A program made the translations under genes and the position numbers. Source: Vicugna vicugna (lineage: Eukaryota). Taken from it: a stretch of 64,000 bases of DNA. Location of the stretch: assembly GCA_013265495.1 (NCBI GenBank), contig MU058059.1, positions 620,001 to 684,000 of the forward strand. Reading direction: 5' to 3'. The notes beneath the pieces were generated by a model that was not told the origin of the DNA, searched no databases, and worked only from the letters and a program-made list of their open reading frames with translations. Below, piece by piece: positions 25,817 through 38,239 of this stretch. Within the stretch, counting starts at the first letter, position 1. Every line of letters begins with the position of its first letter.

Positions 25817-26332
25817 CGTAACAGGGAAGAACAAATCTGACTCCATATTAGATCTGCGCTCTCTAACCCTGCGCTCTGTTTCTGGTACTTAGTCATGCTG
25901 GTTCTGCACCTTTTATAACAATGTTGCCTACAGTTATAAATATATAGGATAGCTCATTCTTAAGGCGCTGACCTTTAAGGGTCTAATACTTCTCCATTCA
26001 TATAGAGATAAAAAGTTGCAGAACAGATAATAACATTTGTCTTGTTGGAGGTTTACAGGAACACTGTGACCTGACCTATGTGGACAACTGCAAGAATAAA
26101 GGATTCTAACACCAAGAAATTTGCACCAACCAACCACACCCTCCTCCCCTTTTTAGTATAAAAGGAGCTTGAATTCTGACTTGGGTAAGATAGTTCTTCA
26201 GGACATTAGTCTGCCATCTTTTCGGTCTGCTGGTTTTCTGAATAAAGTCATTATTGCTTGCCCCAATACTTCGTCTCCCGATTTACTGGCCTGTCATGTG
26301 GTAAGCAGTATATGAGTTTGGATTCAGTGACA
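25817..26332 (+). mobile_element. ERV1 solo LTR, MER41-like (copy 3), inserted into an MLT1-like fragment
   Basis: (c)gtaacagggaagaac...cagtgaca termini, TATAAAA at about 26157, AATAAA at 26241. Flanks ccac/ccat. MLT1-like sequence (catgtggagagg...gacatgtgagtgaggcca) continues on both sides. Confidence 0.88.
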
Positions 26333-29300
26333 CCATGACATGTGAGTGAGGCCACCCTAGACCATCCAGTACCAGTCAACCTCATTGAGACAAGAAAAAT
26401 CATCTACCCAAATCAAGTATCAGGAGAATTTTGGATTTTAAATTTGGATTTTAAAATGTATTTTCCTATTAACTTGTCTAATATTTCAGAAATCTGTACC
26501 ACTTAAAAGACAAATGAATCCAAATAATGAATCTCTAATTCAGTAAGAACTAGAAAAAATTTAAAAGTTTCATTTAATTGCCTGTTCAATTTTGATTCCC
26601 AGCCCTCCGTCCAAGCCCCCAGCAATCCATCTTTCAGACTAACACTAAGTACCAATAGAGGTTCAGAGATTCACCTGTGAGGCAGATACACTTCCTGGTT
26701 GGGGTAATAATTGTTTTGATTTAAAAGGCTTCTCACTAGGCAAACGACTGTAATGCAGTGTGAACTTAGATATAAAACATAAAATTTTGGCTACATTAGG
26801 TATTAGGCTCTGCTGAGCTATACTAATAAAAATTTGAAAGCAATATTTGTTTTACGTTATTCACAGTCCTCTGTGAACTGCATTGGAAAATTTGATTCTT
26901 AGATTTGAAAATAGCTATGTAATTAGATATTGAGACTCCTGGTAGCTTAACTTCCCAATCCATAAAAATTTATGCATTCACACCTTACTGTTTTCAAAAT
27001 AGCTCAGAAACTTCGTGTGCTTAGGGGAAAAGTCAGCTCGGTTCCCTGCTTTAAGTTTACGGCCGTGAAAATATACTTTCCCAGTGACTCTTCTTCCCTG
27101 AGATTTATTAAGAAACTGTCATTGTCTTAAAAACACTCCTGGTGGTTCTGCGGGCTTGAAAAGCCCCAAGTGCTTTTTTGCTTGCTTGTTTGTTTTTTCA
27201 CTGAACTGAAATAGCAGTGGCTCTTCGTGGTTTTCTCTTCTTTTATTCCTTCTAAAATAGGCTAAGCAGCCCTTGGAAACACAGGTATGAAAGTGATGAA
27301 ATTGAAACAATTTTTCATTTCAGCCCAGATGAGTGTGAATACCTGGCCCTTTGATGAAAGGCCCAGAGCAACTCATTATTTCTTCAGCTGTTTATTCACT
27401 TTCTCAACAGTTTTTTTGAGCTGATTCTCTAGATCAAGTGCTTTTGAGGAAATTTAAAAGAATGAAATGCGACTTGTGACCTCAAAGCACTTCTGACCCA
27501 AGAAGTGATCAAATAAAAGTAACAAAGTTTGCTAAAATCCAAAATGTGGAAGGAAAAATGTGGAAGGTTTCTTAGGGAAATTACAAGCAAACCCTTGTAG
27601 ATAAGTAGAAAGGGAAAGAGCACACCAAATGGGTATCAGGGAAGGCTTACAGCAGGGTTTGAAGTAGACCTGGATGGGTGGGTAGGTCGCAAGAGGCTCC
27701 CAGAAGGACGTGTTCCCTCCCTAAGAGTCTTCTCCTTACTATATAACACAGCAAAATACAGCAAATCACTTTGAGAACTTCAAGTACCACGCAGATGTTA
27801 GATAAGCATAATTAAGATATAGTAATTTTACAAATATTTTTTCCAAAAACCTGCCATTGTTAAAATAATTATTTTCCAGTGTCTTCATGAAACACTTAAA
27901 TATTCACAGAAATCAGTAACAAAGAGTGAACAGTTTTGGCAGAGGGGAATCTGTCGCACAGGGAACATCTCAAGCTATTCTGTGCCCCAGACTCGGCAAA
28001 GGCCTGCCTTTGTGGTTCCCAAACCGAGCCAGGGCCCGCAGGATGTTACAATAAACTCCCGGGGTGCGGGGGTATGTTTTACATTTTGGAGGGGAACACG
28101 ATTGTTGGAGCTCAGGCAAATCGCTAGTTCGAGGTAGGTCACAGTTTCAACAGATCATGCTACATGCCTTTTGACAACACCCATCTTCACCAAACGGGAT
28201 TTTTGGCAACTGTGTGATAGGAAGCAAAGTGCTGCACACAAATCCATGTGGAGTGGAACAGGGTCTCTTACAGGGCAAGAGGACTTGCAGGTGGCTGTGG
28301 ATACCCAGTGGACACACCATTTTTCAGTCCTCATCACTGCAGTCACCCTGAGCCACCATTCAGACCATAACACCAACTCTTTAAGAGGACGGGTCCCAGG
28401 AGAGATTGTGCGGGCCTGGGAAGCAAGTGGCTGTCCGGGCAGGGAACACTAGAGTATCCACGGTGTAGTGTAGATGGGAGGGAGCAAATACTCTTCGTTG
28501 AAACCACCTTTGGCCCTGTGGACTCCTCATCCCACGCGGAAGGTTGTACCTGACGATGCAAGGTCCCTTAAAGCCAAGGTTCAAGGCAGGTACTTCTTGT
28601 GCCAGGTCAAAGGAGGATGCTAAAATTTGCTTACATCTTGGCCCTCTTTAGGATCTAAAGAAACTTTGTTTCCAGACATAAACTCCTTCCTTCCTAATCA
28701 CTCACTTCTTGTCAAAAGAATGAGTGCTCTCGGTTATAGGGGGTTTCCTTTTTAACATGCAGAAAATACAAAATAAACGCACCAAGAAGCAGAACTCTTC
28801 TGTTCCTGCGATATTTCTAGCATACCTGGGCAGCAGATGCACTTTCGTGAGCATGCCTCATCTGCAGGGCAGCTCACCATGTCTACCTCCCCAGATGCCC
28901 TAAGCCTCCATCACAGTCCTGGATGCAGGCAAAGGTGAAAATCCAGGGAAGTCCATAGACCCTAGGGGGACAATGTGAGCCAAGGTGTTCCCATACAGGG
29001 CTGAAAATTCCAGTAGAATTTGTGTGTGACCTTAAGCAATATCCTCGATTCATTCATTTTCTCATTCACCTGGGCATTTAATGAGCACCTCATGTAAGCC
29101 TGCCACATGGCTACGCATTGAGTGTCAGACATCATGTAAAATCATCTCAGGAGCCTTCCTACAACTGCACGTTGGCATTACTTACTCTGTTTTGAGATCG
29201 CTTTCTACTAACTACCATAATTATCATTGTGAAGTTATTGCATAATGATACCATGTCATAGTTTCTTTTATGGTTTGGAGAGGCCCAAATGAACATTTCA

Positions 29301-31019
29301 GACTCTTTAGCCATCCTTTCATTTGATATTACAAAGATGCCAAACAAACAAATTTCTTCCTACAGCTAATGCAGCGAGGTCACATCATTTGTTAGTCTCA
29401 AATAACTGGCAAAACTGCAGTTAAACCAAATCTATTATACTAAAGACTGCTTATGTCTATTTGATAACTCTTCTTTTTTTGTTGTTTGTTTTAATGGGTA
29501 GTTTTAGAACGACAGTTTGGAAAGCAAAAAGAGGCAACAGCCCTATTTGCCTTCTAGTCTACTTTGCAAAATATTGGGAGAAAAGAAGGATGTTTTGAAT
29601 GGAGACTAAACAAGATTGGTCAAACAGCAAGACCTGGTCTCTGTGTCTTGGCATCACCAACACTGGCTGGATGACATAGTTTCCAATCCTGAGTCTCTTT
29701 GTTAATAACCCTAAAGAAGTGCTGGGCATCAGGCCAGATACTGACATCAGCTCACTATTCAGTACAGTGTTGGCTTATAAGGGTATATTCTCCTATAACG
29801 AGGAGCAGGCACGGATAAGTCAACCCAGCTCACTAATCTACATATTATCAAATATAATCTATCTATCTACCTACAGTTTTATTTCTCATTTTAAACTCAT
29901 AGATTGAGGTGCTTATTTCTATTCCAGACTCTGTACAGTTTCGATATAGTGAGTCAGGCCAACCAGAAGCAGAAACAAACCTGAATGTCCCTATTTTCAG
30001 ACACGAAGCCATGATGACCAAGACTCCCAGATGTGAGCCTGAACTCTAATGCCGCTAGCAAGAGGCGACCCACAAAGTCTTAGCAGGAGACATGTATTGA
30101 TACACAGTGTAGGTGAGTTCCAGGCCACTTCCTGACTGCTCAGCCAAGAAAGGTACACAGGCTGCCCCTCTTCTGACCCCACCCAGATGCAGCACTCTGG
30201 AAGGACCTTCCTGAACATTCTGCACGCTCATCTCTCTATTGCCTCTGCTGTGAACTTCAGCATTGCTATAAGCTTAACAAAAATTGTACTGAACTTTGAT
30301 TTTTGTTTTGTTCTTTAGCCTCCTTTTCAAGACGCATTTCTTCTTAGAGTAGAATCTAAAATTTAAATTCTAATTCAGCATCTAAAATAAGCATATCACA
30401 TTTATAAGTGCTAGGGATGTTTTCTGAATGGCTCTGGTCCCAAAAAAAAGTGGTAGGGGGTAAAAAAAAAACCCTCCTTGAGTATCATCAACTCAAATTC
30501 CAATGATGTCAGAAAAGCTAGCAGCAGAATGAGTCTCCCATCCTACATGTCAGGAAGATACATGACAGTATGAAAAAAGAAAAAGGCAGAGACCTACCTT
30601 GCACAGTAATGTAAATGAATGACCCTTGGCACCCCTTATTATATGAAGTCCTGCAATCCCGCCGTGAGGTTACAGGGATCAGCCTTACCAGAATTGGGGA
30701 AGTAACAGATTGTTCTTACTATGGTAGTGGCAGTCTGCCAGCGTAAAACTGGGCAAAGAATCCAATCTTATTTTTTCCTCCTGAAAGCTGAAGTTGAAAT
30801 GACAGTGGTGAAAATCTGAGACTTAAATCAGTACTAGTTTCTGTGAGCCTTTAAACAGAACTTTAATCTTTAGTGAAATTACCTGAGATACTACTCTATA
30901 ATTTGCGTGTCCATATCACTCATGAAAGAGCACACAGATAACCACCTGAGGTTGTATCTGGGTCTTAAGACATGGAGACCCAGGGTGCCAGGGAGCAGAG
31001 AGCAGAGGTAGAGTGGGGC

Positions 31020-31430
31020 CATAGTGTCCCACCTAGACCCTCTCCGGGATCGGAGCCTCATTCCTCCAGCCTCTGGTAGTCTTGACAGACACAGCAGTCA
31101 GCTGACACCTGCTCTGAGACTGATGCTGGGATCGAGAGAGCGGCATACCCTGCACTCAGCTGATATCCCCTCTGGGGCTGGCCCAAGGGAGCTACCTCCC
31201 TCCAGGTCATGACCCCTCCCATGGGCAGCTGCCAACAACTGGCCTAAGCAGGAGTATATAGTCACCCTCTTGTCTTATCGGGAGCTCCACAAAAGATCAA
31301 CTGATTCAACTTTGGCACAAACACATCTCAGCTTAGCCTCTTCCTCTGCCCAGTCCTGCTTCCCAAGCTCCCCCATCCATGGTGATGGCAAAGGCACTCC
31401 CCAATAAACCTCCTGCATCCTAGAGCGCTG
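31020..31430 (+). mobile_element. ERVL LTR, LTR16-like
   Basis: cttcctctgcccagtcctgcttccc...ggcactccccaataaacctcctgca. Confidence 0.7.
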
Positions 31431-31505
31431 ACCAGTCCTCCAGGCAAGGGCTCCAAGCCCAGGAGAAAACATCTCTGCTCCAGCATCCCTTTTCAGAAGT
31501 GATCC

Positions 31506-31862
31506 TATCTTAATCTGCTCAGGCTGCTATCCCCCAATACTGAGACTGGGTGATCAAACAATTCTCTGGAGGCCAGAAGTCCTAGATCAGGATGCCAGCA
31601 TGGTCAGTTCCTGGTGAGAAGCCTGCCAGATGGTCGCCTTCTTATTGTGTCCTCATATGGCCTTTCTCAGGCATGTGGAGAGAGGGAGGAAGTAAGCTCT
31701 CTGCCTCTCCTGGAAAGGACATTAATCCATAGTGAGGGACACATCTGCATGATATCATCAAAACCTAACTGCCTCCCCAAATCCCATCTCCCAAGAACCA
31801 TCACACTGGGGGTCAGAGCTTCAACATATAAATCTGTGGGGGATGCAAACACAACCATAACA
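31506..31862 (-). mobile_element. MaLR LTR, MLT1A-like
   Basis: tcttaatctgctcaggctgctat...catcacactgggggtcagagcttcaacatataaat...ccataaca. 5-bp TSD gatcc/catcc. Confidence 0.85.
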
Positions 31863-31929
31863 CATCCTGACTTCCTATCCCTTCAGACAGCCTTATCTCC
31901 TCTTAATGAGCTGTAAATCAGGAAAAATT

Positions 31930-32215
31930 CCAAGCAGTGGTTAAAGTCACAGCTCCGGAGTTCTACGACATCCTCTGTCATTGTGTGTGGGTGGTGTGTG
32001 CAGCCATGTGTGCACGTGTATAATCCTGAGTCCGCCACGTCTGAATGTTGTAACCTTAGACAAGTGACTTGACTCTGAGCCCAATTTCCTTATCAGTAAG
32101 ATGAGGGTGGTAATAATAGCATTTGCTACAAAAGGTCACTGTGAGTATGTAAAGCAGTAGGCACTGGCCTGTGCACAGTAAAAATAAAATCAACAAATAT
32201 AATTATGACTGTTTT
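31930..32215 (+). mobile_element. MIR
   Basis: cagtggttaaag...taaccttagacaagtgactt...atttccttatcagtaagatgagg. Confidence 0.7.
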
Positions 32216-33769
32216 ATAGTCCTACGTTTGAGGTGTTTAAATTTTAGAACATGCATTGAATTTTGTCTTCCACGTCTCTGGGATAGAGACCAAGTGTTTA
32301 GATGGCTCTGTGTCCCTTCTGCCTGGTCCCATACCTGATACAGAGGGAGCAATCAGCTACTCTTTGTGGAATTTATTCAAGAAAGCTGGGGAAACTTAGC
32401 AGGAATGAAGGCAATGAATGGATTTTAGGATTTTGCCAGACGCCTAACTAAATAGGCAGTTAATTGTAATAGAAATGCACAGAAATGACGGAAATAAATA
32501 TTATTGCTCATTGATTTCCATCAGCTAACACTTCTTTGGTTCATAACCCATTTCTGTGATAGGTCTGTCTGCTTCATCGGTATATAAACCCTTTAAAATC
32601 TGGGCGCCCTGGAGAAAAATGTTGTTTCAGCAAACTTGCCGTGCTTCCAACAACACAAATTATGAAAGCTAATTGGTTTTAATAACGTGTTTTTGTTAAG
32701 TAAATCACGAAGTTCCATGACTGCTTATTACAGCAGTCACAGTACACTTGGTAACACCAGGATTTCGAAATATGATTTGTCATCAGTTCGCATCCCACAT
32801 CCGCCTCCACCCTCCACTGTCTGTTCTACCTTCTGGTCTGAAACTTTCCAGGTTTGAGTCTCATTGTCAGATACTTCTGTGACACGTATTTTATCACTGT
32901 CAGTGTCCTTTTAAGACACCTGCCATAGCCTCTTTACTTAAGTCTGGGCCTGGGGTGCTCTAGGCGCTCTTGGGTAGGAGGGGACCTCAGACAGCTTCAT
33001 GTTACCCTTTGAAGAAATAGGCAGCAAAATCAATTTAGACGTTTTTAACCTTACATTTGAGTATTTGTTATTTGTAGACAAAAGTCATGCAAAATGCCTT
33101 CCCTCCCTGTTAACATCTTGATACACTTCCTTCTAGATCATATTAGATAAAGATCTTTGGTTTGCAAGCAGCAACCAACATCCTTGGTCATATAAACAAA
33201 ACCCAGGACTGAATAGACAGATGTTGGCATCATGCAGAGAATCAAAGGAAGTATTCAACTGCCAGGCTTCCAAGAAGCAGGCGTCCACACAGAACACCCG
33301 GCCACCAGAGACTGTGGCATCTCTATGGGCCCCAAGAAGGTGACACAGTTCCAACAACCGCCAGGCCGCGGGCTGGCTTTCAGTTTCAGTTTCTGGGAGA
33401 GGGAGTCTGATCAGCCAGCGTGAGCCAGATGCTCTCCCCTGGATGGATCAGCTGAGGCTGAAAAGGCAGAGTGATGGATAGTCCTGGGGAGAGGACGTGC
33501 AGCGTCAGAGACACAGATCCATCACTGGGGATGTATCAGCGGGGTGCTCTGTTTGGAACCCACCCTTGCTTTGAGCTGCAAGGGAAAGTGGCAGATGGAA
33601 AGCCCAAGGCTGGTCCCAAATAAAAGAGGGAATGTTGGGAACAAAAGAAGAAACACCCAATGCCCACGCTTTGCCACCTGCATATGTAATTCTAAAGATG
33701 CCCTTACGTTTTGTGTACAGCATGACACAGCGAACCTGCCTTTCTCACTGCATGTTACAACATGACCAC

Positions 33770-33985
33770 ACATGATTAAAAGCACAGACTCTGGAACTGG
33801 ACTTCCTGGAGCAAAACCCAAGCTCTGCCACTTACCAGCTTTGGCGAGATACTCAACCTCTCAATGCTTCAGCTTTAACCCATCTGCAAAATAGGGATAA
33901 TATCTCTCTCATAAAAAGTTACGAATATTAAATGAATTAATATGTGTAAAAGTGCTGGCATCTGATAAGTGCTCTGAAAGATTAG
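33770..33985 (+). mobile_element. MIR
   Basis: agcacagactctgga...gctctgccacttaccagct...catctgcaaaatagggataata. Confidence 0.75.
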
Positions 33986-34949
33986 CAGCTCCTAGTAAAC
34001 AGTCTTGTAGATGCATATATCCTTAGACATTTTTTCCTGTAATTATTTGTAAAGCAAATGCTTAAAAGTGGAGTTTTTAGGCCAAAGATTTTACATATTT
34101 TTAAGACATTCAGAGAGAGAGAACACAGGCTAGATTGTGGCTCTTCTTTGCTACAAAATGGTCCAGGGGCTTCTGATGTCACTCAGCAAAAATTTCCTCA
34201 TCCTTGGCCACCATTCGCCACACAAGCTGGTCACTAACACCTCTGTGACGTTGCCTCCTCCTATTCTTCCTTCACTTCCTTAACTTCCTTGAGGAAGCAC
34301 CTCCCTTTCCTCCCCAGAACTCTTGCCTTGTCATCTCCCTGGAACATTCCTCCCCTAGAATCCCACCTGGCCTACTAGTCACATCTGCTTGAATGTAGCT
34401 GCTCCAAAACAGCCTTCCTCATCCATCCCATTCAAAATGGCAGCCTCAACACTCTATGGTCCTTCCCACACTTGTCTTTCTTATGAGTCCTTGTCACTAA
34501 CATCCCTGATATATGACACATTCATATCACCTTTATTTCCTGTATCCTTTTCTAGAATGAAACGGTGGTGGAATACATGTTGCAAAATTCCCCTCCAAGA
34601 AACCTCCACCCATTTACTCTTCAGCAGTGTGTGCATGCTCATCTCTGCACTATCTAGATTACCAATATTTTAAATCTTTGCCAGTCTTACGGGTAAAACA
34701 TCTCTTAACTGTTTTTGCTACAGCATTTCTGACAGAAGTCATCCAGCTCCCACTGAATGCTTCCAGCCACAGAGAGCTCTTTCCATCCATTAAGGGACAA
34801 CTCTCACAGCTGGAAAGTCAGTCCTCCCTTAGATTGACCCAAACTTGGCCTGCTGAACCTTCTGGGGAAATCCTACCCCAAGATAATTTGTCCTTTTACC
34901 ACAGTCGCAGTCAGGATGCACGCAGGCATGTGGCTCTCTCACAGTGAGT

Positions 34950-35360
34950 TGGCTCCATGGTGTAAGAGGAGGCTGGGGTAACAGGGAGGAGTAGGTAGGG
35001 TTTCCAGAACTTTGGAGCCCAGATGATGGGCTCCATGTTGGCACTGCCAAGACCACATGAAGTTGGACTAGCACTTCTGAGGGGGATGAATGAGGCCGTT
35101 TCTGGTGGGGCTAAAACCAAATGACTGCCAGAGTCAACTGCCACTGCTGGAGTGAGGCAGACAAGACCCAGAAATACCAGGAGGGAAGCTCATTCTCCAC
35201 TCCTGCCACTTTCCAATTTCCCTTCTACTGGCAGGACTTGAGCCCACTAACAAGGAAGTCTAGGAAACAGAATTCGCAGAGGCCCAGCCTCAGCATTACA
35301 GAGAAGGGTGGGGAAAGGTGGGTTCTGGCACTGAAAGACGACAATTAACAATAAGCACAA
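34950..35360 (-). mobile_element. ERV1 LTR78-like fragment
   Basis: cccagcctcagcattacagag...aaggtgggttctggcactgaaagacgacaattaacaataagcaca matches a reverse LTR78-type 5' end. Confidence 0.6.
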
Positions 35361-36885
35361 CATTGTAAATCAACTATTCACAAATAAATAATAAATTAAA
35401 AAGTAAAAATAAAAATAAGCAAGCACATCCACTATTCTTCCTTCCTTCTTGAAAATCGTTCCAGAATTAATAGGAATAACTTAGCCCTGCTATTTTCATC
35501 ATCATTATAGATTCATGACAGCTTAGGAACTGGAGGGTACAAAACCAGGCAAAGTCAAAAAGTGCACCTGGCCCTCAGTTCTCCCGTTACGAGGCTCACG
35601 GCTCAATTGTAGACACACAAGACACCTCACGTGGGAAGTATCAAGGTGCAGAAAACGCCGGCGCTGCAAGCAGGTGTTTCACCACGGACGCTCTTCCCTG
35701 AAACAGCCCCTGCTTCCTTCTGCGATGCAGCTAGTGGAGAACATGGCGGACTGGATCCAACGCACTACGATAGTCCGGAAGTTATCACGGATAGACTTTT
35801 AAACCCCAAAGAACAAACCTCCCTTTCTCGACATCAGCTAGGTCTACTGCTTTACCCTTCTACATAGTTTTTTCTTTAAAAAATAAAACAGAACACTGAT
35901 ACAAGCACAGGAGGGATTACATGACCTTACTGCATCAACCTGGTGGTGTGGCTGTCTTCATGAGTTTTAGAACGGAAGAAGGACACCAAAAGTTCAGCTT
36001 CTAGAAGCCTGATCTTGGAAATGACTCAATATTTGACCTAGAGCCAGTCCTCTTCAGTCATTCTTCCTCTGAGACCTTAGTTTTTCCATCCATCACTAGG
36101 GCAATATTTTTCTAGGGACGTCCTTTGAGAATCTGGGAGAAAGTAGAATGAGCCCAAAGGATTCATCATCGATGTGTATTTAAAATATTCCAGCTGACAA
36201 GTGGTGGCAATAAAGCCTGCTCTAGTCACCCTGGTGCCTGTCAATTCCTTCTCCATTTTTGGTATTTAATCAAAAGAGCCTAATGCCAAGTGATGGAGAG
36301 CATTCTTCCCACATCACCGCCATCTGTCTCATTGGCACCCACTGCAAACAGCTGTGTTGCCAGCTTTCAAGCTGTTTACTGGTGTGTCACATGGAGAAGT
36401 TATGGATGGACTGATTGAATCTCCTGAAAACTGGGCATTTTCATTTCTCTCTGAAATATTTATTCACTATCTTGTCATGCTGACAGGATATTCAACAAGC
36501 ACTTACTTAATGATTCCACTACCCCTGACAACAAGGTGGTTTCATAATTACAAATGAGTACCTTGTGAAAAAAATTACACCAGTGTTAACTCCCAAGCCA
36601 GCTATAGACAGAACTAGAAAAGGACCAGAAAAAGGGAAATGAAATGGTCAAGTGGAAAGAAGGATCACCCTGTGAGCAGACTGAGAAGACCTGCATGCGA
36701 GGGTGCAGCGATGGAGGCAGTGGGATAACAATGAAAACGTTCATTATCATGATGTATGACACAGAAGGATGCTGGGATTACAGGGCCTGCTACTTAGAGT
36801 GGGAAAGTAAACTGAGAATACAGTCTGTCTTTGAACAACGGTAATAAACCTAAGATTTCTATTATGTAAAATAACTTAAAAAGGC

Positions 36886-37030
36886 GGGGTAGGGTATAGT
36901 TCAGTGGTAGATTCTGTGCTTAGCATTCAGGAGGTCCTGGGTTCAGTCCTTAGTATCTCCATTAAAAATATATGAATAAATCTAATTCCCCCCCAAAAGT
37001 AATTAACTAATTAATTAATTATCTAAAAAA
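36886..37030 (+). mobile_element. vic-1-type SINE
   Basis: ggggtagggtatagttcagtggtag...ttagcattcaggaggtcctgggttcagtcc...ctccattaaaa, then a C-run and AT-rich tail. Confidence 0.85.
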
Positions 37031-38239
37031 GACAAGCTGAGTTCTAAATAATACTACGCATTAATATACGTATACATATTTATATGTGTGTGTGTGTGTG
37101 TATATATATATAAAATTTTAATTTTTTTTAGAGAAGAGAAATCCAAGCCATTTGGGGAAAAGTTCTTTCACAAAATGCCCTTCAAGTTCACTCTAGCAGG
37201 CAGAATATCTGACCAGAGGCAACATCACAAAGTAGGAAAGATTAGTATTTCTTATTTGATTCAACCCTTTGCTGAGCAAGGCCTTCTTACCAAATACGGT
37301 TGAAAATAAGTTTCCAGTCCTCAAGTAGTTTATAATTAATTAGAGGATCAGATATAAAGACATAACTAAAGATGATCAGATATAAAGACATGCATTATTT
37401 TTAAACCACACACATACAGATTTATTATTAAGCACTATTATAAAAGATGAATGCTACAAACAAGATTATGGATTTGGAGAAATATCATGATTATGGTTCA
37501 GCTGCGAAGATAAGGAACCGTTACCTGGAAAAGGTCTCGTTTAAGCTACATGTCAGTGGAGTGCTTGTTGAGCTTGATCACACACTCAGATGGAGAACTA
37601 GTTCATCCCCAAAGAACTGTGAGTGAAGCCTGATGGCAGGAAACCAGAAATTATGTCTAGGAATAGTGAGATGTCCAGACTGCCTAGAGCTGGGAGGGCT
37701 CTGAGGATGGTCTGTGACACTAAAATGTCACTTGCTGTCAGTTCACAAAGGATTTTTGGATGGCATCCTAAAGGGTTTAAACCTTTCATCTTTTCAGTAA
37801 CAGGGTAATGTGATTAGATCTGTAAGATAAACTGAAAGGGAGATTAGAGGCAGGAGGGTCAGTTTAGGGCACTGACGGTAGTCTCTGACTAATATGTCAT
37901 TGCTGGAAAGGACTTAAGAATCCCTACTGTTTATTTTACAAATTAAGGATCTAAGGTCTAGGTGGGTACGGTGATTCACCAAGTTCCTTGAACTAATAAT
38001 GGTAGATCAGAACTAAAACCCACTTTACGATTCCTAATTACAAAAAGGGAGAAGTTCAAAGAGACCTGCGCATTTTGAACCCTCCTCCTGCCTCCCTGGA
38101 CCCCCTGCCTACCCGAGGACCCTTGCCTCCACCATCAAATCTGCATGTGCTCCCCTCCAGCCTCCCCTGCTCACTGTCTCAACCCACCTGTCCTCTCAAC
38201 CCACCAGTCTGCAACTCAAAAGTCCTGGCTCCTTCCTCT

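Noticed and set aside
21953..26332. LTR copies 1 and 3 as the two ends of a single provirus or transducing element
   Set aside because: The outer flanks do not match (acgg versus ccat). There is no PBS after copy 1 and no polypurine tract before copy 3. Each copy has its own flanking duplication, and MLT1-like sequence is continuous across copy 3.
35672..35692. REST/RE1 site (caccacggac core)
   Set aside because: It lacks the TTCAG left half and the AGCGCC right half, so it is only a partial match.
37346..37391. Direct repeat gatcagatataaagacat occurring twice
   Set aside because: A small local slippage duplication within an L2-like remnant, with no further structure.
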